The notes: generated by a model not told the origin, from the letters alone. Positions 17,831 to 27,847 are shown, counted from the stretch's first letter. The stretch: 64,000 nt of DNA from an uncultured delta proteobacterium (GCA_963724765.1 CAVRVY010000003.1:288001-352000), one strand, 5' to 3'. Numbers and translations: made by a program.

Positions 17831-18157
17831 GTGAAAAAGATTGAAGCGATATTTCCCCCATTCAAGCTTGACAACGTGCGTAACGTATTGATCGAACACA
17901 GCGTGTACGAGTTCGTCGTCACTGAAATCAACACTCATGAGGTAGAGCGAGCACCTGCTGAGAGGTGGAGCCGCCAGAGCCTCGCCGATCTCATCCCCGA
18001 GCTAAATCTCGAACTGGCTATAAACGACGACAACGCGAGGGCGGTCGCTTATGCAATCCTTCGTGCCGCACAGACCAGACGCCCAGATGACACAAAGGTG
18101 ACGATAATTCCGGTGGAGCAACTCGTGGAAATCGAGACGGGCGATCAGCATGGGTGA
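17831..18157 (+). CDS. Degenerate P-II family protein
   Basis: MKKIEAIFPPFKLDNV N-terminus and KVTIIPVEQLVEIETG C-terminus. Confidence 0.75.
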   Translation: MKKIEAIFPPFKLDNVRNVLIEHSVYEFVVTEINTHEVERAPAERWSRQSLADLIPELNLELAINDDNARAVAYAILRAAQTRRPDDTKVTIIPVEQLVEIETGDQHG

Positions 18158-18378
18158 TCCAATCCAGGTGGTAGTGGGCTTTCCGCCTGGAGATGGCCGT
18201 GCCGTGCCCTCCCGTCTTTCGTAACCGGATCAACGCAACGATGGCGGCCGCCTCGCACTCGTCATTGAAAATTGCATGACCATCGCTTCAAGATGAAACC
18301 CCATCGTGAACTGGGTTCGCAAACCCCTCTACTTCAGTGACGTTCTTTGTCGGCACAATTGATGCGAGTGCTCAGTGC

Positions 18379-18861
18379 ATGGTGCTCAAAAACAAATCTC
18401 TGTTGGCTCAATTTCAGGGACCTGACGGAAGACCGCGGCTCGCAGAGGTGCTCAGGTTGCAGCGCCTCGTTTGCGACCAGGATCTGGCGCTCGAACTCGC
18501 GCCGCACGTGAAGTTGGAACAAGTATCCTCAGGCGGACAACTGATCAGGCAGGGCGCTTCTGGTAGCGATTTCTTCCTGGTTCTGATTGGCGAGCTTTCT
18601 GTGCTTGTTAACGGAGAGTTGGTCGAGCGGCGCATTGCTGGAGAATACGTAGGCGAGATGGCCGTGGTGGATCCCGGCGCCCCACGCTCTGCGTCAGTGA
18701 TTGCCGCGTGCGACTCGGTGGTCGCGCGGGTTACGGAGCCCGAGTTCTCGAAGCTGGCCGACAGATTTCCGCGCCTATGGCGTAGAATCGCGTCCGGGCT
18801 AGCGGATCGTCTGCGTCGCTCGAGATCGACGATAGATAATCGCGAAAGACAGATGGCTTGA
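18379..18861 (+). CDS. Stand-alone cyclic-nucleotide-binding domain protein
   Basis: LIRQG...FFLVLIGELSV...GEMAVVDPGAPRSASV CNBD signature. Confidence 0.85.
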   Translation: MVLKNKSLLAQFQGPDGRPRLAEVLRLQRLVCDQDLALELAPHVKLEQVSSGGQLIRQGASGSDFFLVLIGELSVLVNGELVERRIAGEYVGEMAVVDPGAPRSASVIAACDSVVARVTEPEFSKLADRFPRLWRRIASGLADRLRRSRSTIDNRERQMA

Positions 18862-18925
18862 ACTGCAGATGCCTCGGTAGCTCAAAGATATACAAGGGGG
18901 CGGGAGAAATGATCGAACTCGAGTC

Positions 18926-19648
18926 TTGCTTGAGAGCGAACTCTTTGGGCATATCAAAGGGGCATTCACCGGGGCCATTAAGGACAAGCCGGGCCGGCTG
19001 GAGGCCGCCAACGGCGGCACCGTCTTCCTCGACGAGATCGCTGATTTGAGTGCCGCTCTCCAGGCCAAGTTTCTTCGCTTCGTTCAGGAACGGCGTTTCG
19101 AACGCGTTGGTGGTGACAACACAATCCATGTAAACGCGCGCATCATCGCCGCATCGAATCGCGATCTTTCAAGCGAGGTGGCCGCTCACCGCTTCCGAGA
19201 AGACCTGTTCTACAGGCTTAACGTCATCGCTCTGTCTGTACCCCCACTACGCGAACATGCTGAAGACATACTTCCTCTTGCGGAGCGGCTACTTTCGGCC
19301 GCTGCTATCCGTAATCATCGTTCGCAATTGCGTTTTTCACCCGAAGCTCAGGCCGTAATCATTAATTACCCCTGGCCGGGCAATGTGCGCGAGTTGCGCA
19401 ATGCCGTCGAGCGCGCCGCGGTGCTTTCCCAGAGCGACTTGATCGGTCCGGAGTGCCTTCCTGACACCCTTTTCCAGCAGCGCCCTCCCGCGCCCAGCTC
19501 CCCTTCCTCAGCCAGTCTTGAGGAGATCGAACGTGAACAGATAATGCACGTCCTGGCGGAGTCGCCAACACTCCAGGACGCAGCGGAAAATCTTGGAATA
19601 AACGTCACTACCCTGTGGCGCAAACGCAAGCGCTACAAGCTCGACTAG
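18926..19648 (+). pseudogene. 5'-truncated sigma54-dependent transcriptional activator (NtrC family)
   Basis: Starts at [15 protein letters not shown]; has [26 protein letters not shown] and a Fis HTH, but lacks Walker A and receiver domain. Confidence 0.8.
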
Positions 19649-19786
19649 GCAGTAGACGCCAGCCAGAGAAAGAGTCGTCTTGGTAGTCTTTCAAGACGCA
19701 GCGAGCCATTGCTGCAATCTGCAATGTTTTGCCGACCACCCTTTTTTGGGGCCGTTCAATTACTGGGAGATTGAAGAGAGCCTACG

Positions 19787-19801
19787 CGGCATAAGAAATG
19801 C
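19787..19801 (+). promoter_or_regulatory. Putative sigma54 -24/-12 promoter
   Basis: CGGCATAAGAAATGC (GG-N10-GC). Confidence 0.45.
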
Positions 19802-20014
19802 TCAACTCACGAAAGGAATCGTGTAGGTCCTCTCGGAGTATAGCAGTGGAACTGAAATCCCATCTTGTCCGAACTGCTCTGGATCACAACGTGCGGTTTC
19901 GCGGCTTGGCGCTGGTCAAATCCCGTAAGCCGGAACTCTCGCAGAAACGTGCGCCTTCCGGCGCTCCGATCTTTTCGCCTGCCGAGATGCGGCACAATTT
20001 TGCGATCGGACCTT

Positions 20015-20139
20015 TAGCAGGTTGCGGAAAAACGCTATCGGACACGGATTCAGCGAAGAGTAGGGCTCAATGCGATCATGATAGTGCGCCTTGGATCAAC
20101 GGCATAACGAGCCAAAAAGGCTTTTTCCGCACCCTGCTA
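20015..20139. mobile_element. ~125-bp MITE with IS5/IS1182-type ends
   Basis: TAGCAGGTTGCGGAAAAA ... TTTTTCCGCACCCTGCTA (18-bp IR, 1 mismatch); TTAG/CTAG flanks; no transposase. Confidence 0.75.
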
Positions 20140-21291
20140 GTATTGTGTCCCACAAATAACTTTACAGGAGTGAGGCCCATCTGCTATGGTCCGGTGGAGG
20201 TTGAATGGGATGGGCAGGCCGAATGCAGCCTTGATGATTACTCAGTCGGAGCGGTCGCAACTGCGCTCGATCGTGCGTTCGCGCAGCCTGCCGCATTCGT
20301 TGGTGCGGCGCGCACAGATCGTGCTGCTGTCGGCCGCTGGCGCCGCCAACAGAGAGGTCGCCAGGCGCTGCGGGGTTAGTGCTCCGGTGGTCAGTCTGTG
20401 GCGCCAGCGTTATCAGCAACGCGGCATCGCCGGGCTGCACGCGGAACTTCGTCCGGGCCGACCGCGCAGCCATAGCGACGAACAGGTAGCGGGCTTGCTG
20501 CGCAAGGTACTGCACAGCAAGCCCGCCGTCGCCACCCACTGGAGCGTGCGCAGCGTGGCGGCGCATACTGGCATCTCCAAGAGCACGGTCGCGCGCTACT
20601 TCGCGCTGTTCGGCCTGCAACCACATCGGAGCAAGAGCTTTAAGCTGTCCACCGACCCGTTCTTCGTCGAAAAGGTCCGCGACATCGTTGGGCTTTATCT
20701 TAATCCGCCGGACAACGCGCTGGTATTGTGCGTGGATGAGAAGAGCCAGGTGCAGGCCTTGGAGCGCACCCAACCAGTGCTGCCAATGGGGCTCGGTTAT
20801 GTCGAGGGAGTGACTCACGATTACTATCGTCACGGCACTACCACGCTCTTCGCGGCACTGGACATCGTCGACGGCGGGGTCATCTCCCAGTGCAAGCCGC
20901 GCCATCGCCACCAGGAATTCCTGAGCTTTTTGAAACATCTCGATGCTAATATGCCGGCCGATCTTGAACTGCACCTGATCGCCGACAACTACGCGACTCA
21001 CAAGCATCCCAAAGTCAGAGCGTGGCTCGCCAGCCATCCGCGCTTTCACCTTCACTTCACGCCCACCTACTCAAGCTGGCTCAACCAGATCGAGCGCTGG
21101 TTCGCGCTTATCACCCAGCAAGCGATTCGCCGCGGCTCGTTCCGCAACGTCCGGGAACTGGTGGGGAAGATCGACGCCTACGTGGCTCATTACAATGCCC
21201 ACAAGCGGCCCTTCGTCTGGACTGCCACCGCCGACTCGATATTCAACAAACTCCAGCGCATCTGTAAACTTATTAATGGGACACAACACTA
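20138..21291 (+). mobile_element. IS630-family insertion sequence
   Basis: Imperfect ~30-bp terminal IRs (TAGTATTGTGTCCCA...TTTACAG / CTGTAAA...TGGGACACAACACTA); TA target. Confidence 0.9.
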
Positions 21292-21292
21292 G
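20186..21292 (+). CDS. IS630-family transposase
   Basis: HTH; VDEKSQVQAL, YYRHGTTTLFAAL, DNYATHK and SWLNQIERWF DDE motifs. Confidence 0.95.
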   Translation: MVRWRLNGMGRPNAALMITQSERSQLRSIVRSRSLPHSLVRRAQIVLLSAAGAANREVARRCGVSAPVVSLWRQRYQQRGIAGLHAELRPGRPRSHSDEQVAGLLRKVLHSKPAVATHWSVRSVAAHTGISKSTVARYFALFGLQPHRSKSFKLSTDPFFVEKVRDIVGLYLNPPDNALVLCVDEKSQVQALERTQPVLPMGLGYVEGVTHDYYRHGTTTLFAALDIVDGGVISQCKPRHRHQEFLSFLKHLDANMPADLELHLIADNYATHKHPKVRAWLASHPRFHLHFTPTYSSWLNQIERWFALITQQAIRRGSFRNVRELVGKIDAYVAHYNAHKRPFVWTATADSIFNKLQRICKLINGTQH

Positions 21293-21841
21293 AGGATGGG
21301 GTACACTCCGATCGGCAGCACCTCTACTATTGCACTAGATGCAAATGGGCCTTCAGGGTCGACGACCGGTGGACTGTGGTGACGGTGACCCCTTTGGACG
21401 CGAACGGAAGTCCAATCCACACCTCGGAGGCCTCCGAGAGACTGGCAACCTTTGCCCTGGGGCCGTGTCCGGTCTTCAGCCGCCTAACAGGGGGACTGCG
21501 TCTCACGCAGGAAGTCACACCCCTTAAGACGTTTCGAGGACGCCTCGCTGCATTGATTTTGGCAGGCCACCGAGCCTGGAAAGTGAGAGTTTGGCGGCAG
21601 CGCCAATCCAGGTTCACCAGCAGCAATCAAAACCGACGCGTGCAAGGAAATGAGACTCCGCGACCAGGCTGTCGTTCAATCTTCTCGGACATTCCCTAAT
21701 TGCCCAAGGATACCAGCCAGTAATCTCTCAATCTCGTTCACGCTGACTCAGATCACAAATTGCAGCAACGTTCTGCCGAGGAGTGAAACCAAGCCAATCA
21801 TTTCTAGTTGAAAACGCTTTGGTCTTACAGGAACTGAGGCG

Positions 21842-21856
21842 TGGCATATTTTCTGC
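21842..21856 (+). promoter_or_regulatory. Putative sigma54 -24/-12 promoter
   Basis: TGGCATATTTTCTGC, about 70 bp upstream of the P-II-like gene. Confidence 0.6.
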
Positions 21857-21927
21857 TCATCTCGAACGATGGAAGCACACGGTTCTCCAAGTGAAGTCCT
21901 ACTTTTTTCTCGCTCCGGAGTTATCAA

Positions 21928-22314
21928 ATGAAAAGGATAGAAGCAGTAATCACCCCTTGGGCTTTGGACGCGTTCAAGGAAGCGGCGCCTCGGCTCGGAA
22001 TCTCGGAATTCGATATAGTCCAGATCTACCGTTCGGGTGGCGCGCTGGCCGGGGGACGGCAGCAACTATACAGGGGTTGTGAGTTTACGGCCGATCTGTC
22101 TCGCTTACGGCTCGAGTTCCTGCTGTTCGATGACAAGGTGCAGGGCACTCTGCATCAGCTTTGTGAGTTGGTGCATCCGGAAAGCATTAGTGTATTTAAG
22201 CTGGACCAACACGTTCGAACCACTTCACCGACACACAGCAACTTGGAACACTTGTCTGCGGTAAGGGTCTCGACGATGAGAGCTGTCCATCAGCCCGTTC
22301 GGATACGTCATTGA
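21928..22314 (+). CDS. Degenerate P-II family protein
   Basis: MKRIEAVITPWALD...LYRGCEF; GGAG RBS. Confidence 0.7.
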   Translation: MKRIEAVITPWALDAFKEAAPRLGISEFDIVQIYRSGGALAGGRQQLYRGCEFTADLSRLRLEFLLFDDKVQGTLHQLCELVHPESISVFKLDQHVRTTSPTHSNLEHLSAVRVSTMRAVHQPVRIRH

Positions 22315-22412
22315 GCGCGGCGACAGTGACCAATCGGGCCAGAACCTACGCCTTTATGTATCGCCGATCGAGCGCGTCGCCCGTGCAAGCGTTGACGTAC
22401 AACCGGAGCAAC

Positions 22413-22925
22413 ATGCCAGATCTGCAATCTGCTCCAAGTCAGTTTCAGAACCGCTGCTCGCAGATCCGGCGGTCCGACCCAGTCCGCGTCGTCGAGGACA
22501 GCACGCTCTACGGTGCGCGTCTGGTTGCAAACCGACCGTTCAAGCCCGGAGACCTAATCCTCCCATTGATGGGCAAAACTACCGCGCCGAGCTACAGAAC
22601 TATCCAGGTCGGCGTAAGCACTCACATCGAGGGGCCTCTACTTGCGTTCATGAATCACTCGTGCCGCCCCTCAGCGATCGTCGTGACAGGCGAGCTCGCC
22701 GTTCGCGCCTGGACTGCGCTGAAATTGGGCGAGGAAATTACCTTTTTCTACCCCTCTACCGAATGGAAAATGGTGCGCCCCTTCGAATGCCTCTGTAGTG
22801 CTCCAGACTGTATAACACATGTTGCAGGTTCAGAGAGTTTATCTACCGATCTCTTTGCTCGCTATCACATGAATCCCCATATCCGGAAGTTGGCAGCCGA
22901 AGCGCTCGCATACGTGGCCGTATGA
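22413..22925 (+). CDS. SET-domain protein (putative lysine methyltransferase)
   Basis: FMNHSCRP, GEEITFFYP and post-SET FECLCSAPDC motifs. Confidence 0.85.
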   Translation: MPDLQSAPSQFQNRCSQIRRSDPVRVVEDSTLYGARLVANRPFKPGDLILPLMGKTTAPSYRTIQVGVSTHIEGPLLAFMNHSCRPSAIVVTGELAVRAWTALKLGEEITFFYPSTEWKMVRPFECLCSAPDCITHVAGSESLSTDLFARYHMNPHIRKLAAEALAYVAV

Positions 22926-23505
22926 TGGAGCACCCACCGTAACTACAGCGCTGGAGCTTTTCGGTCTCGAGGCAGAGGACCCTTAGCGCCTTCCCATTCG
23001 CGACACCGGTCTCCCTGTTCGACAGTGCCTGCCGGTTATCGCGCAGCCTGGCGCGTTCCGGCTAGGAACTAAAGGCGCGATCTCACCGGGCCGTGACTCC
23101 ACAACGCCTTCCATATCCGACCTGAAAGCTACCTGACATCCGCGTCTACTGCCTCAAGATACACTCTGAGGCCGCAATAGACTTTCGACACGCACTCGGC
23201 GATGCCACACCACTCGGGGCATCATCGGCATCAATCAGGCAGGCCGCAAGCACCGGCGTCGTACATTTGTGCGGCTGTGACGGCTTGCCTAGTGCCCACG
23301 CATCTGCCTTCTCTACGAGCAGCGTATTGCTCGAAACACAAACAGTATCGACAGTCACTTATCTTCCACAATGCACTTCGGGTTGAGTATGCGCCGATGC
23401 ACAATGCACAGGCGTGTAACCGGGACTATTAATAGAGCACTCAGTTAGTATTCTCTCTCGCATTGCAAGTAGCACTGGATATAGCGGCACCGCAACTGAC
23501 ACCCC

Positions 23506-23521
23506 TGGAACATAATTTGCT
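23506..23521 (+). promoter_or_regulatory. Putative sigma54 promoter of the kdp operon
   Basis: TGGAACATAATTTGCT (GG-N10-GC); repeated CACAATGCAC boxes about 100-140 bp upstream. Confidence 0.6.
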
Positions 23522-23559
23522 CCTCCGCAACGTCATCACACCGAGGCAGGGAGGACACT

Positions 23560-23655
23560 ATGAATCTCTCGATATGGTTGCCCGTTACATTTGCGCTTGG
23601 GCTATGTGGCTTGGGTCTTTGCTACGTTTTTCTCATTGGCTGCCAGCGGATCTAG
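23560..23655 (+). CDS. 31-aa hydrophobic peptide upstream of kdpF
   Basis: GGGAGG RBS; MNLSIWLPVTFALGLCGLGLCYVFLIGCQRI*. Confidence 0.6.
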   Translation: MNLSIWLPVTFALGLCGLGLCYVFLIGCQRI

Positions 23656-23665
23656 AGAGACGATC

Positions 23666-23746
23666 ATGATTTACCTGACCGCCATTGTTGCGGCCCTGAC
23701 ATTTGGATATTTGCTCATGGCGATGATACGGCCGGAGCGATTCTAG
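23666..23746 (+). CDS. kdpF: K+-transporting ATPase subunit F
   Basis: MIYLTAIVAALTFGYLLMAMIRPERF*; YL...RPERF signature. Confidence 0.85.
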   Translation: MIYLTAIVAALTFGYLLMAMIRPERF

Positions 23747-23781
23747 GCGCAATCTGAAACTCTCGCAGAGGAAGAAGTGCG

Positions 23782-25599
23782 ATGTGGCTTTTGCCAATTT
23801 CCGTACTCCTGTTTAGTGTTGCGGTCGCTTTCCCTTTGGGCTGGTATCTCGCCTGGATCATGGATGGGCACTACCGCGCGCCCCGGGCACTGAACTGGTG
23901 TGAACGGCGCGTGAATAGCGGGCCTCAGAGCTGGAAGCAGTACGCGGTAGCGTTGTTGGTGTTCAATACAGTGCTCTATGTGTTCGGGTATCTTGTCTTG
24001 GCGCTCCAGCCGTTCATGCCTTTAAACCCGAGACAACTTGGAGCGCTCGCCCCGAGCACCATCTTCAACACGGTTATCTCGTTCAGCACCAACACTGACA
24101 TTCAGCATTATTCGGGAGATGTCGTCTTTTCTAATTTTAGTCAGCTGTTCTTTTGTCTGCCGATGTTCTTTCTCTCGGCGTCCATTGGATTCTGCGCTCT
24201 GACCGCGATCATCCGGGCTTTTCGCAGCGATCCTGATGTCGGCAACTTCTTTCTCGATATGTGGCGCGTGGTGATGTATGCCTTTCTGCCCGCGGTGTTC
24301 GTTCTGAGCATTGTCTTTCTGATTCAGGGTATGCCGATGACCTTTCAGAGCGACACTCAAGTCTCGACTCTCGAGCCAGCAGCTATGGGAACTACGGACA
24401 ACGGACAGGCGAAGAAGCAGACCATTGTGGTCGGCCCGCTCGCTGCGTTTGTGCCGATGAAGATGTTGGGCACGAATGGAGGGGGCTTCTATGGAATGAA
24501 TTCGGCACATCCGTTCGAGAACCCGAATGCCGCTTCAAACTTCCTGACGACCTCATCGATGATGTGGTTCCCAATGGCGCTTGTGTTCATGTACGGACGC
24601 ATGCTGAGGAGACGTCGGCATTCTGCAATCATATTTTCGGTGATGTTCGTCCTCCTTGCAGGGACCATCCTATGGACAATTTACTTTGATACGCTCAAGC
24701 CCAACCCCGGCCTGATCTCGCACCCACATAGCACCAGTTTCGAGGTTCCCAGCGCGACCGCGCGGGGCGGAAAAAGAACCATCACTGTGCCCGCTGTGGC
24801 AGGGCTCCCGGTTGATCAACATCTCGGCAACCTCGAGGGCAAGGAGTTACGCTTTGGGACGTCGGCGGGTTCCACTTTTGCAGCGGCTACCGTCGATTTT
24901 ACCTGCGGCGCGATCATCTGCGAGCACGACAGTCTTAATCCCATGGCAGCGCTGTCGCCGTTCTTTGGAATGTGGGTCAACTGCATCTACGGCGGCAAAG
25001 GCGTCGGAATGATCAACATGTTGCTGTTTCTGATCATCGGGATCTTCGTAGTTGGACAGATGGTTGGTCGAACGCCTGAGTATTTAGGGAAGAAGATCGG
25101 TGCACGAGAAGTGAAACTCGCCTTGATCGCGTTGTTGGTGCATCCATTAATCATTCTCGGCCCAGCGGGATTGTTTGCCGCCACGAGTTGGGGGATGAAG
25201 GCTGAGAGCAATCCAGGCGCACATGGACTGTCTCAGATTGTTTACCAGTTTTCCTCGGACTCGGCCAACAACGGTTCCGCGTTCGACGGACTCGGTGTCA
25301 CTTATGGTCTGAACAACAACCCAAGTCCCGCGCCCGAGGCTGTTCCATGGGACATAGCGGCGGGATTTGTCATCATGTTCGGGCGATTCCTGCCCATTCT
25401 GGCTCCGATCGCGATGGCCGGCTTTTTGGGAATGAAAAAGAGCACGCCATTCGGGTTGGGGACACTGCGCGACGACACCTTCACCTTCGGATGCCTTCTG
25501 TTCGGCACGATAGTGATCGTCGGCGCGTTATTGTTCTTGCCAGTCGCCGCGCTTGGGCCAGTGGCGGAGCACTTGGGTCCGATTCCCTTTGGCGGTTAG
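23782..25599 (+). CDS. kdpA: K+-transporting ATPase subunit A
   Basis: GTNGGG, NSAHPFENP, GNLEGKELRFG, GRTPEYLGKKI, NNGSAF. Confidence 0.95.
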   Translation: MWLLPISVLLFSVAVAFPLGWYLAWIMDGHYRAPRALNWCERRVNSGPQSWKQYAVALLVFNTVLYVFGYLVLALQPFMPLNPRQLGALAPSTIFNTVISFSTNTDIQHYSGDVVFSNFSQLFFCLPMFFLSASIGFCALTAIIRAFRSDPDVGNFFLDMWRVVMYAFLPAVFVLSIVFLIQGMPMTFQSDTQVSTLEPAAMGTTDNGQAKKQTIVVGPLAAFVPMKMLGTNGGGFYGMNSAHPFENPNAASNFLTTSSMMWFPMALVFMYGRMLRRRRHSAIIFSVMFVLLAGTILWTIYFDTLKPNPGLISHPHSTSFEVPSATARGGKRTITVPAVAGLPVDQHLGNLEGKELRFGTSAGSTFAAATVDFTCGAIICEHDSLNPMAALSPFFGMWVNCIYGGKGVGMINMLLFLIIGIFVVGQMVGRTPEYLGKKIGAREVKLALIALLVHPLIILGPAGLFAATSWGMKAESNPGAHGLSQIVYQFSSDSANNGSAFDGLGVTYGLNNNPSPAPEAVPWDIAAGFVIMFGRFLPILAPIAMAGFLGMKKSTPFGLGTLRDDTFTFGCLLFGTIVIVGALLFLPVAALGPVAEHLGPIPFGG

Positions 25600-25665
25600 C
25601 GACTTTGTCGGTACCGCATGCGCCGCGGCGACATGTAAACGAATTATCGATTGGAGAGCAGAGTA

Positions 25666-27825
25666 ATGGGAGCAGCGGTAAAATCGATACCAGCCACAGA
25701 GACACCTGAACAGCCGCGTCCGCCGCGGCGAAGCAGAAGCCGTAAGCTGTTCGAACCGGAGTTGGTCCAACAGGCGCTGAAGCAATCATTCGTCATGCTT
25801 CGACCGGAAATCCAATGGTCCAATCCCGTCATGTTTGTAGTCGAGATCGGCGCGGTGCTCACTTTCCTCTTTATAGTGCAAGTGCAGGCGCTAGTGAGCA
25901 CTTCAGCCAGCCAGGTTCCGATCACCTATTTTGTCGCACTCGACGTGTGGCTCTTCCTGACAGTTCTATTCGCAAATTTTGCGACCGCGCTCGCCGAGGC
26001 ACGCGGCAAGGCCCAGGCAGAGTCCCTGCGGAGGACTCGCGGTGAAACTCCAGCGTTTCGTATAAGGGGCGAAAGCATGGAGGAGGTCCTCTCGACCGAC
26101 CTCAAGCCGGGCGATCAGGTTGTAGTGGCCGCAGGTCAAGTCATTCCGAGCGACGGCGAGATAATCCAGGGAATCGCATCAGTTGACGAATCTGCCATTA
26201 CTGGCGAGTCGGCTCCGGTGATTCGCGAAGCCGGCGGCGATCGTTCAGGAGTTACCGGAGGAACGAGGGTTATCTCCGATCGGATCGTGGTGAAGATCAC
26301 GGCGCTTCCAGGGCAGTCGTTTCTTGATCGAATGATCGCGCTCGTCGAGGGTGCCGTTCGCCAGAAAACGCCAAACGAGATCGCGCTCACGTTGGCACTG
26401 TCCGGCCTGAGTCTCGCCTTTTTGATCGTGGTAATTCCGCTCTGGCCGATGGCCTGGAACGCGGAGCAATACATGATGGGTTATCTGGGAATTTCGGAGC
26501 CGTTGAAAAGTCTAGGCACCGACGTTCCAACGCTGGTAGCCTTATTGGTTTGCCTGATACCTACGACGATCGGCGCACTGCTCGCCGCGATCGGAATTGC
26601 CGGTATGGATCGCGCGCTCCAAGCCAACATTATTGCGAAGAGCGGTAAGGCAGTCGAGACGGCAGGCGACATCGATACTGTACTGCTCGACAAAACGGGC
26701 ACGATTACCATCGGCAATCGACACGCCACCGGCTTCGAGTCCCTGGGCAACTATTCGCAACTAGCACTCGCACAGCTAGCGGCACTGGCATCGGCTTCCG
26801 ACGAGACGCCGGAAGGAAAAAGCATAGTTCGCGCGGCGCAGGCGTTAGGAGTCGGGGCCAAAGAGCTGACCGCGCCGACCGGCGCCCGGTTTATCGCTTT
26901 CAGCGCACAGACCCGAATGAGCGGAGTTGATCTACCGAACGGAACTTTTATCCGCAAGGGCGCGCCCGACGCGGTCATCGCATTTGCACAAAGTAAAGGC
27001 GGGATTATTCCTGCGAGCTTGCAATACACAGTCGACTCGATCGCTTCCAAGGGCGCCACACCGCTGATTGTCGCAGAAAACTCGAAGATCGCCGGTGTGG
27101 TCGTACTCGAGGACGTTCTTAAGCCGGGAATGCGCGAGCGCTTCGAGCGACTTCGGAGAATGGGACTCCGAACGGTAATGATTACCGGTGACAATCCGCT
27201 CACGGCCGCGACGATAGCGAAGCAGGCGGGCCTCGATGACTTTGTTGCCCAGGCGACACCTGAATCAAAGCTCGCCTACATACGCAAAGAGCAAGCTGAA
27301 GGCAAGCTCGTGGCGATGATGGGCGATGGTACCAATGACGCACCAGCCCTGGCCCAAGCCGACGTCGGGTTAGCCATGAATTCCGGCACTCAGGCCGCGA
27401 AGGAAGCCGGCAACATGGTTGATCTCGACTCCGATCCGACCAAGTTGATCGAGGTCGTGGAGATCGGGAAGCAACTCCTCATGACTCGCGGCGCACTCAC
27501 CACGTTCTCGGTCGCCAACGATGTAGCCAAGTATTTCGCGATCGTGCCCGCACTGTTTGCCGGCACGCTGCCCTGGTTGAAAACGATGGATATCATGCAT
27601 TTGCATTCGCCAACCTCGGCGATCCTGTCAGCGGTAATTTTCAACGCGGTCATAATTCCTTCGCTTATTCCCGTAGCCCTGCGAGGAGTGACCTATCAAC
27701 CCCTCGGAGCAGACGCGTTGCTGCGGAGAAACCTGCTCGTTTGGGGTGTCGGTGGCGTCATTCTGCCGTTCGCAGGTATCAAGCTCATCGATGTAATCAT
27801 GGGCGCCATGCACCTCGTCGCTTAG
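25666..27825 (+). CDS. kdpB: K+-transporting ATPase subunit B
   Basis: NPVMFVVE, TGES, CLIPTT, DKTGT, KGA, GDGTNDAPAL. Confidence 0.97.
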   Translation: MGAAVKSIPATETPEQPRPPRRSRSRKLFEPELVQQALKQSFVMLRPEIQWSNPVMFVVEIGAVLTFLFIVQVQALVSTSASQVPITYFVALDVWLFLTVLFANFATALAEARGKAQAESLRRTRGETPAFRIRGESMEEVLSTDLKPGDQVVVAAGQVIPSDGEIIQGIASVDESAITGESAPVIREAGGDRSGVTGGTRVISDRIVVKITALPGQSFLDRMIALVEGAVRQKTPNEIALTLALSGLSLAFLIVVIPLWPMAWNAEQYMMGYLGISEPLKSLGTDVPTLVALLVCLIPTTIGALLAAIGIAGMDRALQANIIAKSGKAVETAGDIDTVLLDKTGTITIGNRHATGFESLGNYSQLALAQLAALASASDETPEGKSIVRAAQALGVGAKELTAPTGARFIAFSAQTRMSGVDLPNGTFIRKGAPDAVIAFAQSKGGIIPASLQYTVDSIASKGATPLIVAENSKIAGVVVLEDVLKPGMRERFERLRRMGLRTVMITGDNPLTAATIAKQAGLDDFVAQATPESKLAYIRKEQAEGKLVAMMGDGTNDAPALAQADVGLAMNSGTQAAKEAGNMVDLDSDPTKLIEVVEIGKQLLMTRGALTTFSVANDVAKYFAIVPALFAGTLPWLKTMDIMHLHSPTSAILSAVIFNAVIIPSLIPVALRGVTYQPLGADALLRRNLLVWGVGGVILPFAGIKLIDVIMGAMHLVA

Positions 27826-27847
27826 CGCGACAGTAGAAGGATAGGCG

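Larger units (their letters stand above)
19798..21699 (+). pseudogene. Small CxxC hypothetical gene interrupted by a nested MITE and IS630
   Basis: Removing both insertions restores the frame: ...HNFAIGPL-EDGVHSDRQHLYYCTRCKWAFRVDD... Confidence 0.65.
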
